Part shown: piece by piece, positions 46,070-57,800 of the stretch
Layout: each line of letters opens with the position of its first letter
Position numbering within the stretch: position 1 is the first letter of the stretch
IMG/VR virus record: IMGVR_UViG_3300030098_002385
Coordinates: 1 to 62,941 of that record
DNA length: 62,941 bases
Source of the DNA: a virus
Taxonomy: Duplodnaviria; Caudoviricetes
Strand: one strand, 5' to 3'
The notes under the pieces: generated by a model
The model's input: only the letters and a program-made list of their open reading frames with translations
What the model was told of the DNA's origin: nothing
The model's database searches: none
Translations under genes and position numbers: made by a program

Positions 46070-47653
46070 ATGGCAAACGGTAACGACAAAGATAAAAAAT
46101 CAAAAAAGTATAAAGTAAAAAAAGGTGACACTTTATCACAGTTAGCAGAAGAATACGGCATGACTGTTGAGGATATTTTAAAACTAAATCCACAGTATGA
46201 AAATAATCCAGATTTAATAATACCTGGTGAAGAAATACAATTAAATATGGGTAATTTAGATTCTGCTAAAGAAGCCCTTAATACATTTATTGATAGCGCA
46301 AAAGATATTTTAAAGGGTGATAAAAAATTAGAAGATACTAAGTTAGGTCAATTTTTTGGAAAAGGAAAAGAATTTAAAGACACTAAGCTAGGAACTGCAC
46401 TAGGAGGTGGAAAGTCATTTGAAGAAACTGGTGTAGGTCAGTTATTAGGTGGTGGTAAACCATTTAAGGACACTAAGGTTGGAGATTTTATTACATCAAA
46501 AACACCTCTTATTGGAGAGACCCCATTAATCTTTGGACCTAACAGTAAATCTAAAATAAAAAAATTTGCAAAGAATTTGGCTGGAAAAGATTTTTACACT
46601 ATGAACTCTTCCGAGTTTGGGCCAGATACAGAATTTACTGTAAGTAATAAAAGAACTAAACTTAAGGGTCCAGAAGGCTCTAGAGTTGTTACGGGTTCTG
46701 AAAAAGAAGAAATAGATAATCTTCTTAAAACTGCTTTTCCTACACAAAAAAGGGGAGGGGGTTTATTAAAGAAATATGATGATGGTGGTATATTTGGAGA
46801 TGTTGCTAGTTTTTTCTCAGACTTTAAAGAAACAGGTGTTGGTGAATATTTAACTAGTGATGAGGGAAAAGAAGATATTGCTGGTTTGCAAAGTTTTGCA
46901 GGAGATATGCAAAATATGGGACAAGCTAAAAAGGGAGAAACTGAAAAAGAAAGATTAGAGAGGTTAGCAGAAAAGTCTGATGCTGGAGATGTATTTAATT
47001 ATGCTGTTGATATGGGTGATGCTGGTGTTGATTTAATATCTGGCGATATTCCAGGAGCTGTTCTTAAATTTGGAAAAACTTTATTTGAAGGGTTTAAAAA
47101 GAAAAAAATGAGAAAAGACGCTAGAAAAGAATTAAAAGAAATTGGAAAACAAGAAGACATAATGGTAGACAACCCTATGGGTTCTGATTTTTCAACAGAA
47201 GTTTTAGCTCAAGAGCAACCAGTAGATGTTCCAGAAGAAGGCCTTATGTACTCTATGGCTAGAGGGGGAATGATAAGCCCAGATGTTATGCCATTCTTAT
47301 CAGACTCTTATAAGAGATATTTATCTCAACAATATGGCGCAGGAGGAAATGTAAGAACAAGGGTTCCTTCTAAAAACAAAAGAAGACCAGAGTATTTAAA
47401 ATACGCACTAAAAGGTGGAGGTATGGTTAAAGGACCAAGCCACGAAAAAGGAGGTGTTAAGTTTAATGTTGGTGGAGAGGTAGTTGAGTTAGAAGGGGGT
47501 GAAGCTGTTATAAACAAAAAGTCTACAGAAATGTTTAGACCTATTTTGTCTAAAATGAATCAAGCAGGAGGTGGTGTTAGCTTTGCTAGAGGTGGTATAG
47601 TAAACCCAAATGTTCAGAAAATGGTAAACAGATTAATGCGTAAAAGTAGATAA
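46070..47653 (+). CDS. LysM-domain virion protein with Gly-rich repeats and xxGG motifs
   Basis: YKVKKGDTLSQLA..YG.TV..I..LNP...LIIPGE; GPSHEKGGV..ELEGGE. Confidence 0.8.
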   Translation: MANGNDKDKKSKKYKVKKGDTLSQLAEEYGMTVEDILKLNPQYENNPDLIIPGEEIQLNMGNLDSAKEALNTFIDSAKDILKGDKKLEDTKLGQFFGKGKEFKDTKLGTALGGGKSFEETGVGQLLGGGKPFKDTKVGDFITSKTPLIGETPLIFGPNSKSKIKKFAKNLAGKDFYTMNSSEFGPDTEFTVSNKRTKLKGPEGSRVVTGSEKEEIDNLLKTAFPTQKRGGGLLKKYDDGGIFGDVASFFSDFKETGVGEYLTSDEGKEDIAGLQSFAGDMQNMGQAKKGETEKERLERLAEKSDAGDVFNYAVDMGDAGVDLISGDIPGAVLKFGKTLFEGFKKKKMRKDARKELKEIGKQEDIMVDNPMGSDFSTEVLAQEQPVDVPEEGLMYSMARGGMISPDVMPFLSDSYKRYLSQQYGAGGNVRTRVPSKNKRRPEYLKYALKGGGMVKGPSHEKGGVKFNVGGEVVELEGGEAVINKKSTEMFRPILSKMNQAGGGVSFARGGIVNPNVQKMVNRLMRKSR

Positions 47654-47654
47654 T

Positions 47655-49958
47655 ATGCCTGAAGATAAAAATAAAATAGATTATAATAATCGTTTAATAA
47701 ATAAAAAAATAGATGATTTTTTCTCTCTTTCTGGAGGAAGAGAATATCAAAAATCTGTACTGAGCAAAGAAGAAAAAGCTGAATTAAAAGAAGAAATAAA
47801 TATTGCTACTACTGCTATTTTAGAAGAAATATATGACGCCCCTTATCCAGATAAAGATGACCCAAATAGAGAAGAAAAATTAAAAAAATACGAATACTTA
47901 ACTTCTGATAATTCTCCTAGGAAAAATACAGAAGAATTTAATAAATATTTTTACCAACAACTAAAAGAAAAATTAGAATTAGATAAATATGATGTAACTA
48001 ATGTAGAACAATCTCAAAAGTTAAATGCAATAGCATTACATGTTTCTAGAGTTCTTGACGACTATGACGCTAGAGTTAACACCACAAATGAATGGGTTTT
48101 AGATTCTAGAGGTGATATTCAAGGAAATTTTAAAAATCCTAAAACAGGTCTCTATCAGGCAACGAATACAAAAACTCTTGATGGTAAGACAGGAGTAACG
48201 AACGCATACCGTAATGTAGACAACGGACCAGCAGCTATTGCAATTCGTTTAGGAGCAAGTCCTACAGGTAATTTTAGCCAAGAGCAATTAAAGGCTTTTA
48301 AGGATGACCCTGATATTGGTAAACATATTTATTCAGAGTTTATAGCGTCTACTGGTGAGACTTATTATTGGTTTGGAGAGCATGAAGGTGACCAAGAGTT
48401 TGAAGGTGTAAAATATATTTTTTCAGGGTCTAAATTTGTGCCAAGTTTAATTATTGATAATGAAAATTATACACTCCCTACAGGAGGCTCAAACATAAAA
48501 GAGATGACAGAAGATGGACATCCATCAAAACCCACAGGTAGTCCACAATCTGGTAGAAAACCAAAATTACTTACACACCAGCTTGTTATATCAAATCTAT
48601 ATGATGACATGAAAGTTGAGGAACCTAAACCTCAAGTGGGTGACTACTTTAAAGCTTTAGGTCCAAATAGAGATGATACAGGAAAAAACGCTACTGTTTA
48701 TTACTATGGTAAAGATGGGGTTGAGGCCTTTAGTAATATAGCTGAATTACAAATTCACATGAAACAAAATCATCCAGAGTTACTTAAGGATGTAAATTTA
48801 ATAAAAGAAGGTGAGCCCGCATCAACATATTCGGAGGTAATGGATGCTAACAAAACTTTTCTAGCAGATAATTTTGTTGATTTAGCTATTAAAGACTTTG
48901 ATTTAGAAAATTTTGAACAAGAAGAGAAAGATGTTTTAAATACTGTATATGAATCTAAAGTAAATCCTGAAACAGAAACAGGGGTCTCATCTATAACTGG
49001 AGGCTATCTAGACCAAGGTGAATATGTAAGTGAAGATTATGACCCTAAAGGAGATGAGTCTGGTTATACAGGTAAGGCTAAAAAAGTTAAAAAACCTGGA
49101 GTTTATTTTGACGCTAAGGACCCTAAAACATTTTCATGGCAGTATGAAAAAGTAAACGAAGATGGAACAACATATTATGAAACTGCACCTATAGGAGATT
49201 TTGAAGTAGATGAAAATGCTTATAAAAAATTTGAAGAAACCCTAACTACCCCTCCTCCTCCTGATGGTAATAAAAAACCAGCAAATTCAGATGCTAATAA
49301 AGATAAAAGGATGGGTGAAGAGTTAGGAAGTGTAGTTACAGCATTAAAAGCTGGAGCTGGGATAATTGGCTTAGGTAAGGCTATGAAAGATATACCTATA
49401 GGGGAAAACCAAGAACTGTCTGATTCTTTTAAAGCTTATATGCAAAAGTCTAAAGAGTTGTCAGAAAGTGGTTTGACTGCTGCAGAAAAAGCTTCTATAA
49501 GAACTGATTTATCTAATGCATATACCTTAGGTGCTAAAAATGTTTTAAGAGCTTCTGGTGGAAACAGGGGAACTTTTTTATCTAATATGGGTATGTTAAA
49601 TACAAATAGAGTTAATGCATTAATAAAGATGGGAGAAATAGATGCAAAAATGCAGAGACAAAATATGGAAGCTTACGGAAAAATGCTTACCTTTCAAGAA
49701 AAGTTTAAAGCAGAACAAGGCGCTATAGGGAGAGAAATGGCATACAAAGAATCTTTAAGGAAATCAAATTTATATGGTGGCTTAGGCTCGTCATTAATAG
49801 GTAGTGCTATTAGTGATTTAACATACGCCCAACAAATGAAACAAATGGAACCATATATGAATGAGTGGGCAAGAAACATGGGACTTACAACAACAGCAAC
49901 AAATACAGGTAGTGACGCTGACGATGATGCGGCATTATTTGTAAATACAGAAAGTTAA
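47655..49958 (+). CDS. Putative internal virion (cargo/ejection) protein
   Basis: Helical C-terminus with Gly-rich hydrophobic segments; upstream of the RNAP gene. Confidence 0.5.
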   Translation: MPEDKNKIDYNNRLINKKIDDFFSLSGGREYQKSVLSKEEKAELKEEINIATTAILEEIYDAPYPDKDDPNREEKLKKYEYLTSDNSPRKNTEEFNKYFYQQLKEKLELDKYDVTNVEQSQKLNAIALHVSRVLDDYDARVNTTNEWVLDSRGDIQGNFKNPKTGLYQATNTKTLDGKTGVTNAYRNVDNGPAAIAIRLGASPTGNFSQEQLKAFKDDPDIGKHIYSEFIASTGETYYWFGEHEGDQEFEGVKYIFSGSKFVPSLIIDNENYTLPTGGSNIKEMTEDGHPSKPTGSPQSGRKPKLLTHQLVISNLYDDMKVEEPKPQVGDYFKALGPNRDDTGKNATVYYYGKDGVEAFSNIAELQIHMKQNHPELLKDVNLIKEGEPASTYSEVMDANKTFLADNFVDLAIKDFDLENFEQEEKDVLNTVYESKVNPETETGVSSITGGYLDQGEYVSEDYDPKGDESGYTGKAKKVKKPGVYFDAKDPKTFSWQYEKVNEDGTTYYETAPIGDFEVDENAYKKFEETLTTPPPPDGNKKPANSDANKDKRMGEELGSVVTALKAGAGIIGLGKAMKDIPIGENQELSDSFKAYMQKSKELSESGLTAAEKASIRTDLSNAYTLGAKNVLRASGGNRGTFLSNMGMLNTNRVNALIKMGEIDAKMQRQNMEAYGKMLTFQEKFKAEQGAIGREMAYKESLRKSNLYGGLGSSLIGSAISDLTYAQQMKQMEPYMNEWARNMGLTTTATNTGSDADDDAALFVNTES

Positions 49959-49959
49959 T

Positions 49960-51798
49960 ATGGCACAAGATTATTTAAATATTATAGGTAATTGGAACTC
50001 AATGGCTCAACAAGGGAGAGAGAGAGCTAATGCCGCGATGGAAACTAAGTTAAAAACATTTGAGCTACAAGCTAAGAATCAAATGTTACAAAAACAAAAT
50101 GAAGAAGCTGCTGAAGCTAGGATAGCTAATATAACACAGCAAGCAGAATATTTATCTAAGTTTTATAGACCAGGTGATTTGGAAAAAATGCAAACTATAG
50201 AACAAGATGCTAAAGCAAAGTTAAAGGAGCAACTTAATATGTACAATGATGATATAGTTGCTTTTATGAGGGGAGGTGGAAGACAGTACATAAATGAATA
50301 TAGAGACTCTATTTTAAATAGTGAAGAAGCTCAAATAATAAGAAACAATCACAGTTCTCTTGTTAAGTATTTAGACCAGTCTGATGAAGATGCAACTTTA
50401 ATATCTAATAGAGATAGAGAAAATTACCTTAAATGGAAAGTTGGTGACATAGATTCTTTTACTTGGAGTGGTTCATACATGAAGTTACTTACTCCCACTG
50501 AAGAAGAATTTCAAAATGCTAACAGTCCAGCAGAAGCTTATTTAAACAAAGCCAATCCAAATGGTGAAGATAATTACAGTAGAGTTTTGCATAACTATTT
50601 AATAGACACAGGGATACAGTTTGGTGCAGATGGTAGGGGTCCTGAAGAATATTATCAAGAGTTATTAATTTATCAAAACAGCCAACTTAGACCAGACCAA
50701 ATAAGTACAGCTAAGAAAAGCTTATCAGAGTCACAAGCTTCTAAGAAAAGTTATAGTAGTAATATACAATCTATATTTAATTCTATAAATGGTGGTTATC
50801 AAGGTAACTTTGATGGATTCTGGTCAGACCCAGCTAATAATTCGGCTTTAATTAATTTAGAAAACTTAACTTGGATTCAACCTTACAATGTTGAAAGTGG
50901 AAGAAACAAAAGATTATATGGTCAACAAATATTAGGAGGAGAAGAAATGGCTATAGCAAAAGAGTTTTTCCCTAATATGGAAAATGGTAAAGTAGACTTT
51001 GATGATTTAACAGCTATGCAATCAAACCTTGGTGCTGGTGGTGTATATGATGAAGATGGATATCTTATACCTCCTGGCGTAGAAGATGATAATGATGCCT
51101 GGTTTAATCCTAATGACAATTGGAGTGTTAACGCTCTTGAATTAATGTTTGAGGTTAAATTAGATGACGGTAAAACAAAATTAATGTCAATAGAAGATTT
51201 AGATGAAAATGAAAATCTTAGAGATAGAAACAAAACTGCTGTTATGGTTATGTCTTTTAGTGAGAATGATGGCTATCAACTAGGTCTTAATCCAGATGAC
51301 TTTAGATACATGAAGTTAAATCTTGAGTCTCCTAGGGTGGCGCAAAAAATAGATAAGGTTTTAGGAAAGGTTGAATACACTGCTAAACAAAATGTAGCTA
51401 ATGCTCCTAAGACTTATAGATATGTTCCAGGTGAAAGATTTGATTATCTACCAGAAAATGTAAATGCTTTAGTTCCATCTTTAGACCCATATGTAGGTCA
51501 AATTTTAGGAACTGAAAACATGTCAGAAGATGATTTAAATGCCAGCTCTTTATTAATGGCTACAGCTATGTTAAACCATGAGCAACAAAACCCTTACCAA
51601 GTCCTTAAAGACTTTATGGGTACAACAGACCCTGATGAAAAGTCTTTAATTGATGCTCTAAAAAACTATGACTATGATGCTTATTACAATATATTAAGCC
51701 AACAAGGAGCCACTGAAAGAGATTTAAGAGAGTTAGCTGTTAATACAGAAAGAATTAGAATGGGATATTTATTATATGGAGAAAGAAAAGAGAATTAA
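49960..51798 (+). CDS. Putative internal virion (cargo/ejection) protein
   Basis: N-terminal coiled coil; directly upstream of the RNAP gene. Confidence 0.5.
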   Translation: MAQDYLNIIGNWNSMAQQGRERANAAMETKLKTFELQAKNQMLQKQNEEAAEARIANITQQAEYLSKFYRPGDLEKMQTIEQDAKAKLKEQLNMYNDDIVAFMRGGGRQYINEYRDSILNSEEAQIIRNNHSSLVKYLDQSDEDATLISNRDRENYLKWKVGDIDSFTWSGSYMKLLTPTEEEFQNANSPAEAYLNKANPNGEDNYSRVLHNYLIDTGIQFGADGRGPEEYYQELLIYQNSQLRPDQISTAKKSLSESQASKKSYSSNIQSIFNSINGGYQGNFDGFWSDPANNSALINLENLTWIQPYNVESGRNKRLYGQQILGGEEMAIAKEFFPNMENGKVDFDDLTAMQSNLGAGGVYDEDGYLIPPGVEDDNDAWFNPNDNWSVNALELMFEVKLDDGKTKLMSIEDLDENENLRDRNKTAVMVMSFSENDGYQLGLNPDDFRYMKLNLESPRVAQKIDKVLGKVEYTAKQNVANAPKTYRYVPGERFDYLPENVNALVPSLDPYVGQILGTENMSEDDLNASSLLMATAMLNHEQQNPYQVLKDFMGTTDPDEKSLIDALKNYDYDAYYNILSQQGATERDLRELAVNTERIRMGYLLYGERKEN

Positions 51799-51804
51799 TA
51801 ACTT

Positions 51805-54800
51805 ATGTCTATATTTAAAAAAATACTAAGAGAGTCAAAATCTATAGGCGTTGATACACCAAGCGAGGGGGTGGAATTATACGACAAGGGATTGCAAACA
51901 GAAACATCATCGCCTGATGTAAATGTTTCTAATGTGCCTACACAAAACTTTGCTGCACCAAGAGAACAACAGACATATGGTTTTGTTGATAAATCTGCTT
52001 TTGGTGCACCCCCACAAGAACCTCAGCCTTATATGGGATACACAGAAGGTCAAGCTTTTATGAAAGAATATGAGCAAAGAACTAATGTGTTAGACTTTAT
52101 GGAGCTTCCTCAAGAAGCTGGAGAGATAGCTAAAACTGCAGCTTATAATTCTAGCATATCTGTTAGAGATTACTCTGTAGCTGGAGAATTCTTAAGAAGT
52201 TTTGCTGCTGGTACTGGACAAGTTTTAATTGGGTTTGCTGATACTATAGATTGGCTTAATTCAACATCAACAAACTTAACAAGTTATGCTTATAAAAAGG
52301 GTCTTGAGTCTGCTGGATATGAAGGGGATGTAGCAGATTATGCATCAAAACAACTTGGAGATGTTGCTCCCACTCCTCTTGGTGCAGCCTCTTTAGATTT
52401 TGGCCCACTACTTGGGGTAGATATGGACCTTTCTTTTACTGGGGCCTTAAGAAGCTTAGGTGAAGAAATGGAAAGCTGGGACGATAAAATAGATATGTCT
52501 GGATTAGAAGAAGGTTCTTATAAACAATTACTTAATCCTAAGTTTTACTATACTAAGTTAGTTAAACAAATTCCTAACTTATTAACCTTTTTAATACCAG
52601 CTTCAGGTGGAGCTAAGGTGGCTAGAGGATTGGCGAACTCTACTAAATTTGGTAAAGCCACTGTATTTAGTTCAGACAAATTAACAAAAAATATTAAATA
52701 TTTTGGTAATAAAGGTGGGGGTAATGCTTCTAGATTAGTTATTAAAGGAGAAGATGTTGCTCAGTTTTTTGGAGGAGCAATAGGAGGTAACTTTGCTGAA
52801 GGAGCCATGCTTGCTGGTCAAAGTTATAGAGACGCATTAAAAGGTGGAGCAACAAAAGACCAAGCAGCAATGGCTGGATGGAATGTAATGAAAGACAATG
52901 CTAAATGGATAATTGTAGATGGTCTTCAATATAGTATATTAACAAAAGGTGTTGGCGCAATAGGTAGTAAATTAAAACTTAAATCAGGTGTTAACTTTAA
53001 AAATGCAGCTTCAGACCTTTTAATAGGCTCTGGTGTTGTTGTCAGTGATGGTAAACTTGAAGAGTTACAAGAGGTTTATCAAGACTGGAGAGTTAATAAA
53101 AGAGTGGCTGAGGCAACAGGAGAAGATTATGATGTTGGTTATTGGGAGTATTATAATAGTCCAGAAGTTGCAGACACAAGGGTTATATCTTTTGCTATGG
53201 GAAGTATTGGTGGTGGTGCTGGTGTTGTTTATAATGCATTTAAAGATGGTATTAATATTGCTGCAGAAAGAAACTTTGCTTTAGATGAAAAGATAGAAAG
53301 CACCCTTTTAACTGATGATACTGGCTCTTCAATGGTATTTGCTAAAGCCGCTGAAATAGTAAGACAAAAAGGTTTTCAAAGCGGTATAGATAGCAAAGCA
53401 GAATCAGAAATACATAAACACGAACAATACAAACAAGACCTTATTGCTAATATAATAGGTAATGGAGAGAAAGACCTTGGTAAAGCTAACATAGAAAAAG
53501 AAGTTGCAGCAGGTAGAATAACTGAAAAAGAAGGAAAACATTTAATTGAGACAATGGACTCTATGGCAGATTCTTTTTCTCAAATGGGTTTTGCTCCAAA
53601 ATCTTTATCACCACTAAGCCCTAGGGGTAGACAACAATTAGTTAAGTTATCCCATGTAATGAGACACTCTAGAGAAGAGCTAGCTGATAGTAATGATTTT
53701 TATGAATCACAAATACAAGGATGGGAAAGTAAAAGAGAACAGCCTGAGTATAAAAACAGAAAAGATTTTATTGACGCTCAAATAGAATCTATAAAACAAG
53801 AACAACTTCAAACCAATCAGGCTTACCAACAAGACATTGAAGGTATTACAGGCGCTATGCAAGAGGTGTTTACTTTAGAGCAGCAAAATGTAATAAACCA
53901 AAAAGAAGCTTTAAGTGCTAAGCAGGCTGGAATGAGAGAAACTATGGCTAGAGAAAAAGAGGTCACTACACCAACTGCTGTTGAACAAGCTCCTGCTACT
54001 GAGACTAAAGCAAAGGGGACTAGAGAAAGTTTTACAAAAGCATCAGAAGTTTTTATGAAAGAGACTAATGATAAAAAAACATTAGACTCTGTAAAAAGAA
54101 TTAATAAAAAAGAATCTGCCCCTTTAACTAATAAAAAAAGTAGATTAAATAACAAGCAGTTAAAAGACGCTCTTAAGTTTTGGACAAACACGGGTAATGC
54201 TATTGCTCCTTTATTAAGACACGTAGCTAGTAAACAAATAGCTGGAGAAACTCTTACAAATCAAGAAATAGCTGTTTTATCAGAAAACACTAAAACCATT
54301 GAGCCTTTACTTCAAGAGCATAAGAAAAGAGAAGGTGCTAAAAAAAGAATAACAGAGATAGACCAAGAGATAAAAAAAATTAAAGAAGGTAAGCAACCAT
54401 TAGGTAAGATAGTTCCTACTAAAGCTCCTTTAAAAATGGAAGGGCGTATTAATAAGAGAGAAATATATAAGGGCAAACAAAAGGGTGATGATGTTACAGT
54501 TATGATTAGCTATGATGAAAAGGGTAATGTAATTGATAGTCAAGTAATTGAAAGAAATGGTAAAGATGATAGACTTCTTATAGAAGTAAATAAAGGAAAA
54601 AATGAAAGCATGTCAGATGCTTTAAACAGGTCTCTTGACTCTGCATCTAATTTAAAAGAAAACTTTACTTTATCTGAATCAATAACAGATGTTAATAGAC
54701 TATATTCTAAAAGGGCAATAGAAAAATATGGTTTTGTTAGGGAGGGAGATACTGGAACTGATACAATTAAAACTCTTGAAAAAGAAAAAGCAGAATTACA

Positions 54801-57800
54801 AAACACATCATTAAAACTAGGTTCTGTAGGTAAAGTAGAAAAAGCTATGTCTGGTAAGCCAGCAGAAAGAAATATAGCACAGGAAAAGGTTATCATAAAA
54901 ATGCTCAGGAAAAAAGGTATTAATCCTGTTGTGGCTGACTATATGTTTAGAACAGACGATTCTAAAAAATATTATGGTATGGCTCAAGGTTTAAGTATTT
55001 ATTTAAACAGCAATACTGCTACACAAGAAACTATATTCCATGAGCTTAATCACATCTATGTAAATGAAATGTGGTATGAAACAAATAAAGATGGTACATA
55101 TAAAGTAGATAGCAAAGGAAATAGGGTAGTTAATCCTATAATAAAAGAAGCTATTGAGTTAGTTGTTAACCAACCTTTGTTTAAAAAGAAGATGTCTAAC
55201 CCTAGTTACACTAATCAATTATTGTTACAAGACTCTAATGGTGTAGTAAAAACTCTTAATGACTTAATAAAGTTTGACGGCATCCTAAGTTTTACTGCTT
55301 GGGCAAAACAAACAGATAGTGCAGATAAATCAATAAATGGTTATTTAGAATACTTAAAACCAGAAGCAAAGAAGTTAGGCTTTACTTTATTGCCAGATGT
55401 AGAACAAAGAATTATTCTTGAAGAGGTAATAGTAGACCTTATGTCTAAAACAGAAGCTCAAGAAACTAATGGGGATATATTAAAAAAAGATGATAAGAAA
55501 AGAGATAATATAGCTAAAAGGTTTTATTCTAAGATAAAAAGTAGGTTTACTAAAAAAGAATCTAAGACTATACTAGAGAACACTGGTAATGCAGAGCTTA
55601 CTAAACTAGACAATGTTATTGACACCCTCATAAAAGACTCTAGAAAAGAAAGACCTGCTTATAATATAAGAAGAGATAGACTGGGTAGTGATAAAATGTT
55701 TCACGTAGAAGACTTAAACTCTACTATGTTAACTAATCAAATATCCTCAGACATATTAGGTTATTTAGAAACCTTAAAACAAGAGTCTAAATTAGATAAT
55801 AAACTACAAGGTCCTTTATATAGAACTAAAGATGGAATGTTAACTGTAGCTGGTAAAAAATCTGTGTCTACTTTTATATCTGAAAACAGACAAGAAGTAA
55901 ACTCTTTTATAAAAGAATTATACCCAGAAGGTAGCAATGAATTAAATCACTACAACAACAATAGAAATGATATTTTAAATACAGCCTTTAAAGTACTTGC
56001 TTTTAGTAATGCTCAAAAAAGTATTGGTTCAACAGAACAAGAATTAGAAGAAGATGAGTACAATTTATTTGACTTTGACAACAGAAATGGGGTAAACGAA
56101 AAGATAGGTAAAGATATATCTTCTTATATTAAGTTAGGAGAAAGTGTACAGGGTATACCTGTAACACACGGACAGATAAAGTCATCCTTGTACAACAAAA
56201 TTTTTAAATATAGAAACAACCCTAAAAGTTTTGAGCAAGAAATTAATGATAACATAAGAGCGTTAACTTTGTCTCCTAAGCTTTTAAGTAGAGAAGAAGA
56301 GTTGTTAGCTAGATACTTTGTTTATATGAATGAGGTGTATGCATCAGAAGGTATGAGTTTAGCTAGTCCAATCTTAGATTACCACCATGAGTTTTCTTCT
56401 TATAAACAAATAAACTTTCATAATATAAATGTATTTAAAAATAAGAAAGGAGAAGTTATAACAAACATTAAACAAACATTTGGTGTAGATGCTAGCACTA
56501 TAAAAACAGATATAGAAAAAAGATTTAGACAGTCTATAACTGTTGATAAACCTAAAGATAGTAAAACATTAAGCTCACAAGAAATCAGTAAAATAAAATT
56601 TTTATCTTCTATTATTACTTTGAGTGATTCGTTAAAGGAAGCAAAGAATCCTAGTGAATCTAAGAAAGCTGTTATTAAGTTTTTAACAGATAATTATTTA
56701 AGTGAATATAAGGACGATATAAATGTAGACTTAATAAGTAAAGACTTTGTTGATAAGTTTGTAACTAAAGATAAGGAAACAAACAAAACCTTGGTTGACC
56801 AATTAATAGAAGACCATGGTATGATTGAAACTTATAAATTAAATGGCAAAAAAGCTGGTTGGCAAGCTGGTTTTAGCGCTGAAAGATTTAACAAAGAAAG
56901 TGTTAAAGCTTGGAGAGCTTGGGAATCAAGTGAAAAAACACAACAAGCTTTACAAGATGAGCTTATATCCAAAGAAGATATCATTAGTATAGGTAAGTTG
57001 ATTAGAAGGTCTGGGGTTATTAAAGAGGGTAATATCAATACTCAAGCTAGAGTTTTCTTAAATGCAGATGGCACTATACAGCTTCATCAGGGTGGTGGTC
57101 TAAAATTCTCTAATAGATACAAGGCTCAAAATATTATTACACAATACTTATCATCAGAGATAGCTCTTGGTGATTTTTCTTCTCAAATACTTACACCTGA
57201 AGGTAATAAGAAAAACTTTATATCTAAAAGACATCAAGCAGATGTTTTGGTAGAAGAACAACTACCATCTATGAGTGACGAAGAAATAAAAGATATGTTT
57301 GGTGACAATGTGTACACTAATAACTATATACTTAATAGAGAAGAAAAGATTAATGTAGCTCAAATAAATGGTTCGGTTGTGCTTGGTAAGGGTATAGACT
57401 CAGGTAATGAAACTGCTAATGAAAAAACAATACTAGAGGTTAGCTTAATAGCTCAAGCTATAGTTAATGGTAATGAAACATATAGTCAGTCAGTATCTAT
57501 TGTGGCTGATAAAGACATAAACCTTCATGTTACTAACACTAAATTGTTAACACTAGAAGAGGCTAGGGCTATTAAAGATAAGCTTAATCAAGATGGCGTT
57601 AAGTTTACAAATGGAGACGCATATTTTAATTTTACAGACGCTGATATACAAAGAGATGTAAAAGGTTTACAAAGAATAATTAAAGGTTCGAAAGACACTT
57701 CTTTGAAGTCTTTAGCTAAAAACACTAAAGCTTTAGAACAAATAGTCCTAAACAATGCTATAAACAAATATTATGCCAAAGACCTTTTAATTGGTAAGGC

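Noticed and set aside
642-51233. Antisense and alternative-frame ORFs inside long genes (e.g. 642-920, 10272-10889, 15412-15801, 37020-37376)
   Set aside because: They overlap well-supported genes and show no motifs or plausible leaders.
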